Shown one piece after another: positions 47,513 to 58,527 of a stretch of 64,000 nt of DNA. The stretch's first letter is position 1. The number at the start of each line of letters is the position of its first letter. Position numbers and translations under genes: made by a program. Source of the stretch: Amoebidium appalachense (lineage: Eukaryota; Protista; Ichthyosporea). The notes beneath the pieces are model-generated. The model was not told the origin of the DNA, did no database searches, and worked only from the letters and a program-made list of their open reading frames with translations. The DNA is taken from assembly GCA_963693365.1 (NCBI GenBank), contig CAVNZM010000008.1:6644830-6708829 (forward strand), read 5' to 3'.

Positions 47513-50500
47513 CGGCGGTGGTTAGATGAGTGGGTGCCTATGGGTATAAATTTACAACGCCATGGCAAGTATGGGTGTTCAGGTGTGTGTGTGAAAGCAA
47601 CGGGGGAAACGGGAGAGGGAAAAGGGGGTGTCATGTGCTGAGCTGATTCGTATTAGTTTGCTTCTATATTTTGTGTTTTGGTGAGTGAATTTCGGGGGTT
47701 TTCTTGCATAGTGATGCCGGGGTCTAAATGGGGTATGAGGAGATTAATCAGTGGTATGGGGAGAATCTGATGCAGCGGCGGCTGATTGTTTGGTGCGCGC
47801 GTGCATGCCCCATGCCTCTGCGTACTCTCCATGTTAAATGTTGTATTGCTTCTTGCTGTGTGCGTGGCGAGACCCATGTTGCCTGCTCGCGTGTGTGTAT
47901 GCTTATATGTATTGTGAGTAAACGTGTGTACGTGTTGTAGTGCTGTAGGGGTGTCTGAGGTCGCGGTAGCCAATGGTGTGGAGTGCGTGTAGTCTGTGGG
48001 GGAGGGAGTGTTGTGATTGGCTGAATGTCACTGTGGTATTTGTCTGGCCAGTGGGCCGCGTGTCTGTGAAGTGTCTCGCGGGGTCGCGGGCTTTTGGAAG
48101 TTCTTCTCAGAACACAAAAAACTCGCTTCCCACCCAACTCAAAGAAAAGTTTATACGTATACACAGTTTCGAGCCCCTTTAAGCGTGCAGATAGTTAGAG
48201 TAGTTTGTATACACTCTGTTTGTTGCCACGACAAGCTACACCCCCTTTCTCTGCAGTTTTTTGCAGGGAGGGGGCACACGCACTGTTAGTCCTTCTGGGC
48301 TGTTGCTTTCACCCCTAGTTTTTTTTTTCTTTCACGCCTAGCGGTTATGAGTGGCTTTGACTTAGGACTTTTTCGACAGTTAGAGGTAGAAGAAACATAC
48401 GCACACACAGGCCTACAGCTAGCAACAGTTGGCATAGGCAACTTGAGCAGTAGGACTAGTATCACAGGGGACTTAGTCCTCGCTAAGGACCTTGACCTCC
48501 CTAGGTGACTTAGCAAGCTCAGGGCCGTTTGCCCAGCAGAGGCCTCAGAGGGGACCGGCGGCAGTCACCCTCCCCACGGCGCTACCAGCCCTACCAGCCA
48601 CGGCCACAACGGGATAACAGATGGGCCAGGCTGGCGTCTTTGGGGCGGGACAGCAAGAGCCGGCGCCAGGCTCTTTCCCAGGCACCTGTGACAACTGCAA
48701 GGAGCGGGGGCAACGCGTGGTGTAAACAGCCCCGTCGTGGGGGGCAGGGACGTCGGTGACCGTGTTGCTGGTATGAAGGTTTTATTAGGGGGTAGGCCAT
48801 CTCTTGGGTTGTTGTTGTTGTAATACTATGGGAGTAACTGTTGTGTGGTGTTATTTTTCGGCGAGTTTTCTACTGGTGCCTGGCGTTTTCGACGTGTGTA
48901 TGAGTCCTGTGTTGGCGACGTGTGTGGTTAGGGTCAGTGGAATAGAAAGTCCTGCTGCTGTCTGGGAGCTCGGCCCTCTGACGAGGGGGCTGGGGGGGGG
49001 TCGAAGTGTAGTCATGGCAGTGGCAGGCCCCCACTGTTGTGAACCCCCGTCGTCAAAGGGCCTGGTGCTGAGGCCCCTTGGAGTGGCTGCCCTGGGCCTG
49101 GTGTTGAGGCCCTTTGGAGTGGCTGCCCGTAGTGTTGTTGAGTAGTGTTGTGGTGCCCAGTGCAGCAGTAGGCCTTAGACACACCGCTGGGTAGGGCACG
49201 GTTGGGGCGGAGGCATTCCCAAACCACCGGGACCTACGTAGTAGGAGTCTTTGTCGGGTAGAGGAATGGCCAGCAAGAGAGTCTGGAGGTGTACGTCACA
49301 TGAGTCTGGAGGTGTTCGTCACGGCATGTTTGGTTGTGTTAGGAATATTCTTTGTGGATGGGGCATGCTGAGTGTGGTTTTATGGATGGTGTCTGTTATC
49401 ATGTCTGTTGCTATGTTCCACTCGATATAACATTGTGCCAGGGGCATGGGGTTTTGGGTGCAGGTTGTGGACGGGGGCAGAGGTGCATCTACAGGGCAAC
49501 GTCAGTGGCGGTTCATAATTATCCTTGTTTTGGGGTTGGGTTGGGTATTAACCATGGTGGGGTGGTGTGTGGATGCATGTATATGTTTTATGTTATATGT
49601 TAAATGTTAAATGTTGCTTCCTGCATGGGTAGCGGTAGTTGTAGTCGCTCAGCACATAACTTTATTTTGTTCTTAGGTAGTTTTTACTGAGGTGGAACTC
49701 AGTTATTTTCTGTGCGAGGGGGGAGTTGTCATGTGCTGAGCTGATTCGTATTAGTTTGCTTCTATATTTTGTGTTTTGGTGAGTGAATTTCGGGGGTTTT
49801 CTTGCATAGTGATGCCGGGGTAATGGGGTATGAGGAGATTAATCAGTGGTATGGGGAGAATCTGATGCAGCGGCGGCTGATTGTTTGGTGCGCGCGTGCA
49901 TGCCCCATGCCTCTGCGTACTCTCCATGTTAAATGTTGTATTGCTTCTTGCTGTGTGCGTGGCGAGACCCATGTTGCCTGCTCGCGTGTGTGTATGCTTA
50001 TATGTATTGTGAGTAAACGTGTGTACGTGTTGTAGTGCTGTAGGGGTGTCTGAGGTCGCGGTAGCCAATGGTGTGGAGTGCGTGTAGTCTGTGGGGGAGG
50101 GAGTGTTGTGATTGGCTGAATGTCACTGTGGTATTTGTCTGGCCAGTGGGCCGCGTGTCTGTGAAGTGTCTCGCGGGGTCGCGGGCTTTTGGAAGTTCTT
50201 CTCAGAACACAAAAAACTCGCTTCCCACCCAACTCAAAGAAAAGTTTATACGTATACACAGTTTCGAGCCCCTTTAAGCGTGCAGATAGTTAGAGTAGTT
50301 TGTATACACTCTGTTTGTTGCCACGACAGGGGGGGGGGGGAAGGGGGGGGGGAGAGAGGGGGGGGGGGGGGAGGGAAGGAAGGGAGAGGCGAGGGCATAT
50401 GTGGGTTAGAGTGAAAAGAAGGAGAAGGGATATGAGAACTATTACCTAATGGATGCATGGGCCGAGGTCCCGGTGGGTGGGTGGGTGGGTGGGTTGGGGG

Positions 50501-50945
50501 AGGGGGGGGGGGGGGGGGGAGGCAGGACTGGAGAGAAAGGGGGAAAGGGTTGAGGGGGGAAGGGATTACATAAACAGCCGGGGGGGGGGGGGAGGGGGGG
50601 GGGGGGGGGGGGGGGGGCAGCACCTGAGGGGAGCAGGGGGTCCCCGCTGAGCTGGGCTAACGAACCGTTTCGGCATGTCACGTCTGTGTGTGTGTGCGCG
50701 CGGTGTGTGTGTATGTTTGTGTGCGCGCGCACGGTGTGTGGTGCAAGTATTAATGTGTAAGGTTGGTGTGTTGGGGGGGCAGGGAGGGGGGACTCTCTAT
50801 GGGCATAGATTTAGGAAGGAAGCAAAATGTCAAGCAAAGGCCCTCAAGGGTGTCTGGGCTAACACATGTGGGTGTATGCATGCCAGCTTTCCAACAGGTG
50901 TATGCATCGGTGTTCGTGTGTGCTCTCATCTGTTCTGTGTGTGTG

Positions 50946-51024
<79 letters not shown>

Positions 51025-52224
51025 CGTGTGCTTGTGTGTTTTCCTGTATAGCCCGCAAGGCATGGTGTATGTCTTTGTGTGCCCTTTAAGTTATACGTGT
51101 GCGTATACCTGCACGACTTTGTGGTCAGATGCTAGCCTGCTAAGAGCCAGCACGGTGTGAAACAGGTGGATTTGAGGCCAACCAGACCACGACCCCTTGC
51201 ATGTACAGGTGCAACTCTAAACGGGAGTGCGTGCCTGTAGCTGTCTTTGGTTCCAACTGTTAAGTGTGAAAGTATATTGTGCGCACGTGTGTGTCTGTGT
51301 GTTTGTGGTGGGTGCGGATGTGTGTGTGTGTACGTGTGTTTGTGTGCTGGTGTCCGTGTGTGTGTATGTCTGAAAATTGTGTGTTAACGACTGCGTCTTA
51401 TCGTCTGCACGCTCTTACTCCATGCGTGTGTGTGTGTGTGTGCCGTGTGTGTGTACATGTGTGTGTGTGTGCGTGTGTGTGTGCGTGTGTGTGTGCGTGC
51501 GTGCAAGTGTGTACGCAAGCTTGTGTACCACTTTTCGTCACCCTACCCTAGGCAGACTATACGTGAAGTTGTATACAAGCAGAGAATTAGGAACATGCTT
51601 TTGGTATGTTCAATACCTTTCTCGACGGTAGAAGTATAGAGGTGTGACTGCCAGGAGCACTCACGCCTTGGACTCCCTCATTCTCTCTACCTCTAGAAAG
51701 AGCCCAGATGATCTGTCGGCCCTTATTCTAAAATTGCACGCCGCACCCCTAAGCCATTTAAGTGGCCCCATACTCTGCTAGTTCGCACACTAAATATGAT
51801 AACGACAAAATTTTCCTCCTTTCCATCATCAACCAACTCTCACTTCAGGACAAGCTCAAACTGTACAGTGGAGCGGCCGTCGGGAAGCTGATGACTCCAA
51901 GCCCGGAGGCGCGCATTCAGCATAGCCCCCATTTTGTACAAAGTTGGTTTACCATTGGTCGGCTAAGTGTGGTGCGACATTCCATCATCCGATTCCACTC
52001 ATGAGCCCGCCGAAAAGCGCACGAGCCCGAATGTGATCGTACGATTATCGGAAGGTCGCGGTCAATGTGTCGCGTGCGCCGGCGGAGTTAGGTCTAGTTT
52101 ATACCCTTCCGTCGATTATCGGCAGATCGAAAAGTGCGGTACAATTTACCTCCCGATTACCCACAGATTTCGCTGCATGCCGTTTCGGATTATCTGCGGG
52201 TACGGGGGGTAGTTTTTCGCAGAG
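45145..52224. mobile_element. Unclassified 7080-bp TIR DNA element inserted in A1 gag
   Basis: 37-bp TIRs (45145-45181 and 52188-52224, 34/37 identical, termini CTCTGCG...CGCAGAG). 3-bp TSD AAC (45142-44, 52225-27). GATTATC subterminal repeats. Removing it restores the gag frame QPDALTVLVKQVAEL. Confidence 0.9.
47629..50328 (+). mobile_element. LTR element B1 (2.7 kb), an internally deleted gag-only derivative; LTRs 47629-48233 and 49727-50328
   Basis: TGTCA...CGACA LTRs, apparently differing only by a 3-bp indel. [36 protein letters not shown] before the 3' LTR. No pol. Confidence 0.95.
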
Positions 52225-52227
52225 AAC

Positions 52228-53082
52228 ACAGTGAGTGCATCTGGCTGTTCACCCTCCTTTTCTTCTTCCTTTCCCCTTTCTTTCCACTTTCTCTCTTCTT
52301 CTTATCCACCTCCATCACCTCCTTCCTATCCCTCTTGTTAAACTTCACTTCATGCATAGCAAGCAAGTGACGTTTAACATGAAGCACCACCTCATCAACA
52401 TCATCATGCTCACCAAACATAGGTGCAGTGTCTGTGTTGACAGAGAGAGCCTTGCGTGCAAACTCGAACTTATCTCTAGCACTCACGTCACCAGCCAACT
52501 CACAAAGGTCTTCAAAGACCGTATACTCCCTTTCAAAGAATGCACGAGCTTCAACAGGGGACATAGAGTGAAAGGTATAATTCCATTCTCGCAGATGGGC
52601 GCGGAACGTGCGTCATCGGTCGGCCGTCAAGTATCGGTTGACGAGCCTGGTCGTATACTCGAGCTCGTTCTGGGGCCGGTTAAACTTGAAGGCCTCGAGC
52701 TCACCATCGACGTCGTCGGTCTTGGTCTTGTCATCATCGTTGGGAATGAACCGTGCTGCCAGACGTTTCTGGCCTAACGTACGCTCGTCGCACTCCTCGT
52801 CGTACTGTTGCTCGTATATGTGAACGGCAGTCACCTGTGGTGCCTGCTCGGCCCTGTAAGGGTGCTCCTCCATGAGGGTGCACAGGTCGGCCATTGTTTT
52901 GTGGTCTATGCACTGCTTAATCATTAGGCAAGAGGCCGCCACTCTACTATAGGGGCCTTCTTGGCATCTATTACTAGTGTGGGTGTGTTGGCTACGAGTG
53001 TGCGGTGCCAGCGTGGTATCTCTGAGTCGTGTTTGAGTGTAAAACTAACGCTGTTGTATGTCTCACGTCTATGGTGTGGACC
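52228..53082 (-). pseudogene. A1 gag middle part; the N-terminus continues at ~57421-57490 beyond B2
   Basis: RPQNELEYTTRLVNRYL...MSPVEARAFFE...VKRHLLAMHEVKF aligns with the B2 gag. Contains stops and frameshifts. Confidence 0.75.
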
Positions 53083-54108
53083 TGTGGTGTCGTGGCAACA
53101 TACAGTGTGTATATGAACTACTCTAACTATCTGCACGCTTAAAGGGGCTCGAAACCGTGTATACGTATAAACTTTTCTTTGAGTTGGGTGGGAAGCGAGT
53201 TTTTTGTGTTCTGAGAAGAACTTCCAAAAGCCCGCGACCCCGCGAGACACTTCACAGACACGCGGCCCACTGGCCAGACAAATACCACAGTGACATTCAG
53301 CCAATCACAACACTCCCTCCCCCACAGACTACACGCACTCCACACCATTGGCTACCGCCACCTCAGACACCCCTACAGCACTACAACACGTACACACGTT
53401 TACTCACAATACATATAAGCATACACACACGCGAGCAGCCAACATGGGTCTCGCCAAGCACACAGCAAGAAGCAATACAACATTTAACATGGAGAGTACG
53501 CAGAGGCATGGTGCATGCACGCGCGCACCTTTAACAATCAGCCGCCGCCGCATCAGGTTCTCCCCATACCACTGATTAATCTCCTCATACCCCACTTAGA
53601 CCCCGGCATCACTATGCAAGAAAACCCCCGAAATTCACTCACCAAAACACGAATTATAGAAGCAAACTAATACGAATCAGCTCAGCACATGACAACTCCC
53701 CCTCGCACAGAAAATAACTGAGTTCCACCTCAGTAAAAACTACCTAAAAACAAAATAAAGTTATGTGCTGAGCGACTACAACTACCGCTAACCATGCAGG
53801 AAGCAACATATAACATATAACATAAAACATATACATGCATCCACGCACCACCCCAGCATGGTTAGTACCCAACCCAACCCCAAAACAAGGATAATATGAA
53901 CCGCCACTGACGTTGCCCTGTAGATGCACCTCTGCCCCCGTCCACAACCTGCACCCAAAACCCCATGCCCCTGGCACAATGTTATATCGAGTGGAACATA
54001 GCAACAGACATGATGCCAGTGGGAGAAAATGTAAAGTTTACATTTTGGGTCGGTTCGTATGGTCCTCCAGCGGACTATGAGAGTCCGCCTGGACTCTGAG
54101 AGTCCTGT

Positions 54109-54141
<33 letters not shown>

Positions 54142-54796
54142 TTCTACACGCACGTGCAGCCCCCGTCCACAAAGAATTCCTAACACAACCAAACATGCCG
54201 TGACGAACACCTCCAGACTCATGTGACGTACACCTCCAGACTCTCTTGCTGGCCATTCCTCTACCCGACAAAGACTCCTACTACGTAGGTCCCGGTGGTT
54301 TGGGAATGCCTCCGCCCCAACCGTGCCCTACCCAGCGGTGTGTCTAAGGCCTACTGCTGCACTGGGCACCACAACACTACTCAACAACACTACGGGCAGC
54401 CACTCTAAAGGGCCTCAACACCAGGCCCAGGGCAGCCACTCCAAGGGGCCTCAGCACCAGGCCCTTTGACGACGGGGGTTCACAACAGTGGGGGCCTGCC
54501 ACTGCCATGACTACACTTCGACCCCCCCCCAGCCCCCTCGTCAGAGGGCCGAGCTCCCAGACAGCAGCAGGACTTTCTATTCCACTGACCCTAACCACAC
54601 ACGTCGCCAACACAGGACTCATACACACGTCGAAAACGCCAGGCACCAGTAGAAAACTCGCCGAAAAATAACACCACACAACAGTTACTCCCATAGTATT
54701 ACAACAACAACAACCCAAGAGATGGCCTACCCCCTAATAAAACCTTCATACCAGCAACACGGTCACCGACGTCCCTGCCCCCCACGACGGGGCTGT

Positions 54797-56699
54797 TTAC
54801 ACCACGCGTTGCCCCCGCTCCTTGCAGTTGTCGCAGGTGCCTGGGAAAGAGTCCGGCGCCGGCTCTTGCTGTCCCGCCCGACGACGCCAGCCTGGCCCAT
54901 CATCCCGTTGTGGCCGTGGCTGGTAGGGCTGGTAGCGCCGTGGGGAGGGTGACCGCCGCCGGTCCCCTCTGAGGCCTCTGCCCTCCTCCCTCTCACGGTC
55001 CCGGTACCTGTCTCCTCTGTACCGGTCCCCCTCCTGGTCCTTCTCCTCCAGACGCTTGGTGAGCACAGCCACCTGCTTCAAGAGAGCAGTGAGTGTAGGC
55101 GTGTCCTGCCCAGCCCCATGCTTTACCTCCATGACCTCAGCAGCATGCTTATCCCTCATAGCCAGCTTACTCTCAAACTGCGCTAAAAACCGCCTCTTCA
55201 CCGCCCTCCACGCCAAGTCTACCTCATGCTGCTCTTCATGCTGAGCAAACAGCTCACCAAACTGACTGCTATCTACAAACAGAGAGCGAGCAGCATGAAA
55301 CTTTCCACGAGCATCATTCTCCAACCCAGCAAGAAACACAAGAGCACGAAAATTTTCTTCGAACAGCTCAAAGTGGGTTCTAGCTTCGGTCACAGACATG
55401 GTGAGGGGGGGGTAAGTAAACTTAGCTTGTCTGAGATCAGCGTCAAACTGTTATTTTGTGTGGGTAAACGGAGAAGCAGAGAGCACAGATGGGTGTTATG
55501 TAAAACACAACACAAGGACACACGGGAAAAACACAACCGGAGAGGAGGAACGATTTCTGGAACCATAGGAAGTGAATACGACTGCTTGTGATTTATTTCA
55601 AGATGAGGTCCCTTTTATACTTGGGAATGTGAAACGATAAACCAATCAAAAGAATGAAAACTATGAGTGTAAAATATATCGAATAAAATGTCTGTCGACA
55701 TTTAGAATATAAAACTCAATCCTCTAATGAAAGAAACTTCTAATAAAAGCACGGAAACATTTAATAAAATGAAACCACTTATGTAACTATTAATTCATAA
55801 CATATATTTATACATGTTCTTATCATAACACGTCTAAATATAATTTTTTTCTAATAGTTGAAGAACATAGCACAATGCTACGTCGTGGGAAAGGAATGAG
55901 AAAGGAATGTAAGTTACTATATTTGGGAAAATACAAACGAGATATGATTGGATGACATATATAGATTTTGACGCAAACGACAATACGTGTGCGCGAGCTA
56001 AGTATGTCGATACGTACACAGATCTAAGATGTCGTGTACACGGAAACGGAAAAGAAAGAAAGAAAATGAAGAAAGGAAAAGGAAACAAACTACAACAACT
56101 AATAAATAAATACCAAACTCAACTTCTAAGTCTTGCTGAGAATTAAGTGAAGATGACACAAACTCCCGTCGTCGTCCGTCGTCCAGGTACTTGGCCACCG
56201 CCCTGTCAAGCCACTCAAGCTCATTCTCGGGGCGCAAAACCTCCACCACGTCCCCGGAGCCGCCTGTAACAATAGGCACCTGTGCGTTGGCCGCTTCGTA
56301 GCGGGCGGCCAGCTGGAGTGCGGCCGGGTTGCGGGCTCCACCCGCCACTGTGCGGGCGTACGCAACCGTGCGCACAGACGGCTCGTCGGTAGGCAGTTGT
56401 GTGCTTTCAAGCACTTTCTGGAACTCCAGCATTGAGGAGCCCACCGTGTTCATGATGAGTGTGGCCATCCTTCGAGGCGTTTGGACGTCCTTCCCCTCAG
56501 TGGCCTCTGCTGGGCAAACAGCCCTGAGCTTGCTAAGCCACCTAGGGAGGGCGAGGTCCTTAGCGAGGACTAAGTCCCCTGTGATACTAGTCCTACTGCT
56601 CATGTTGCCTATGCCAACTGTTGCTAGCTGTAGGCCTGTGTGTGCGTATGTTTCTTTTACCTCTAACTGTCGAAAAAGTCCTAAGTCAAAGCCACTCAT
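54797..56699 (-). pseudogene. B2 gag-like ORF (395 aa when the solo LTR is removed), interrupted
   Basis: Removing 55449-56158 plus one TSD joins ...GRRREF|DADLRQAKFTYPPLTMSVTEAR... in frame. Homologous to A1 gag; ends in a broken knuckle CDNCKERGQ. Confidence 0.85.
55449..56158 (-). mobile_element. Solo LTR of a third family (710 bp, AT-rich)
   Basis: TGTTA...TGACA termini, 5-bp TSD CAAAC (55444-48, 56159-63), TATAAAAG on the minus strand at ~55612-55619. Confidence 0.88.
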
Positions 56700-56796
56700 A
56701 ACCGCTAGGCGTGAAAAGAAAAACTAGGGGTGAAAGCAACAGCCCTGAAGGACTAACAGTGCGTGTGCCCCCTCCCTGCAAAAAACTGCAGAGAAA

Positions 56797-56808
56797 GGGG
56801 GTGTAGCT
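56797..56808 (-). promoter_or_regulatory. Putative primer-binding site AGCTACACCCCC immediately after the 5' LTR (also at 48234-48245 and, as AGCTACACCTTT, at 57621-57632)
   Basis: Occupies the PBS position in three elements from two LTR families with otherwise unrelated LTRs. Confidence 0.7.
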
Positions 56809-57632
56809 TGTCGTGGCAACATACAGTGTGTATATGAACTACTCTAACTATCTGCACGCTTAAAGGGGCTCGAAACCGTGTATACGTATAAACTTTTCTT
56901 TGAGTTGGGTGGGAAGCGAGTTTTTTGTGTTCTGAGAAGAACTTCCAAAAGCCCGCGACCCCGCGAGACACTTCACAGACACGCGGCCCACTGGCCAGAC
57001 AAATACCACAGTGACATTCAGCCAATCACAACACTCCCTCCCCCACAGACTACACGCACTCCACACCATTGGCTACCGCCACCTCAGACACCCCTACAGC
57101 ACTACAACACGTACACACGTTTACTCACAATACATATAAGCATACACACACGCGAGCAGGCAACATGGGTCTCGCCAAGCACACAGCAAGAAGCAATACA
57201 ACATTTAACATGGAGAGTACGCAGAGGCATGGTGCATGCACGCGCGCACCTTTAACAATCAGCCGCCGCCGCATCAGGTTCTCCCCATACCACTGATTAA
57301 TCTCCTCATACCCCACTTAGACCCCGGCATCACTATGCAAGAAAACCCCCGAAATTCACTCACCAAAACACGAATTATAGAAGCAAACTAATACGAATCA
57401 GCTCAGCACATGACATGTGGGATCTGTGTGTGCAGGGAGCTATCCTCCGCTGCCAACGCGTAGAACATATTTACGTTAAAGTAACCATGGTGTTGTGTGT
57501 GTCCTAACGTTTTGTGTGTGTGTGTTTTTTTTTTTTTCGTTGCAGTTATCTGAGGTGTAGCAACAGCCCAGAAGGAACTGTCACCGCGTGTAAACTAACG
57601 CGAAAAACCGCACTAAAAGAAAAGGTGTAGCT

Positions 57633-58065
57633 TGTCGTATCCTAACCCGTGTGTAATAAGAGACGCGGCACTCTTCTAAGTAAATACACACTGAGAGGAA
57701 CGAACGTTTTTACGAGGAATCTGCAAAGTTTATTACTAGGCCTGACGCCGACGGGCAACCTGAGATCCGAATGGAACCAAGCTAAGTCACAACTGCGGCC
57801 ATCAAGGCCGTGCCCCCAAAGATCATCATCACCAGGCCCCCCGCCCCACGATGCCACATTCCTTACATTCCGATCTACTAGTAATGAACTTTATCGTGCG
57901 CCTGAACGAGCTAAGTCTATCGGCTCACACTACTATACATATCCTTGTCTCTCCCCTCTCCCTTCCCCTAGTGGCACCGCAGAGTCTAAGTCTACATTTC
58001 ATACTACCTCCCCCCTTCGGAAGTCCCCCCCCCCCCCTCTACTCTTTCCTGTACATCAATATATA
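57633..58065 (-). repeat. 5' LTR of A1 (alignable part; its U3 may extend to 58527, where A2 begins)
   Basis: Similar to 38348-38765; adjoins the PBS and the gag N-terminus. Confidence 0.75.
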
Positions 58066-58527
58066 CAGTATGCGTCCACGCATAACATACTCCACGCACA
58101 ACATAACGTCGACGCCGAGGGATTCTGTTAGCGCACCAAGGGGTCCTATACATAGTAGGACGAATTATCGGGTTTATCTGGTCAGTTTAGACCCCCTATG
58201 TTTAGTATTTCGATCTCTTTCCCAGACAAAACAGTGGTTCGCCGTGATTTCAACGACCGCCCAAAGCTCGCCAGGGCCAATGATAGGCGGCGGCCGCACA
58301 TATGCATCGCATGGTATGCAAAGGACTCATGTGGCCGACTATGTCGATAAACGAGCAGAAACATACGAAGGCCCCAACTAGTTCGAAGCAGTCTTGTATA
58401 GCTAGTTTTTACATCCTAGTCATATAGGCAGGTTGAATGCATATTAAACCCACCGATCATGACCAAGCCAGTAGTCCAGGTGCAGGCAGCTGCACTTGGG
58501 GCGTTGAATAGTGCACTGCACACAGTA

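Larger units (their letters stand above)
53088..57415 (-). mobile_element. LTR element B2 (4328 bp), gag-only and non-autonomous; LTRs 53088-53694 and 56809-57415
   Basis: 607-bp LTRs with ~1 visible mismatch. 5-bp TSD TGTGG (53083-87, 57416-20). PBS at 56797-56808 and PPT next to 53695. No PR/RT/IN. Confidence 0.96.
38348..58065 (-). mobile_element. Old, degenerate Ty3/Gypsy LTR retrotransposon A1 hosting several nested insertions; right boundary uncertain
   Basis: Related LTR segments start TGTCGTATCC at 38348 (3' LTR) and 57633 (5' LTR, adjoining the PBS). Gag pieces and decayed PR-RT-RH-IN lie in order between them, and the gag rejoins in frame when the nested elements are removed. Confidence 0.8.

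Noticed and set aside
48195-48242. Tf1-like self-priming through GTAGTTTGT in the B LTR pairing with ACAAGCTAC
   Set aside because: The pairing is only 9 bp with a wobble and is not conserved in the B2 LTRs (GTAGTTCAT). No equivalent was seen in the A LTRs.
47653-48289. ORFs repeated four times (MATATSDT..., MAECHCG..., MYTYKLFF...)
   Set aside because: They lie within the four copies of the B LTR, so the conservation reflects recent LTR duplication rather than coding.
48804-49145. 113-aa ORF shared by B1 and B2 as a possible env-like or accessory gene
   Set aside because: Non-ATG annotated start, no recognisable domain, and partly built from a short tandem duplication. Sharing is expected between close copies.
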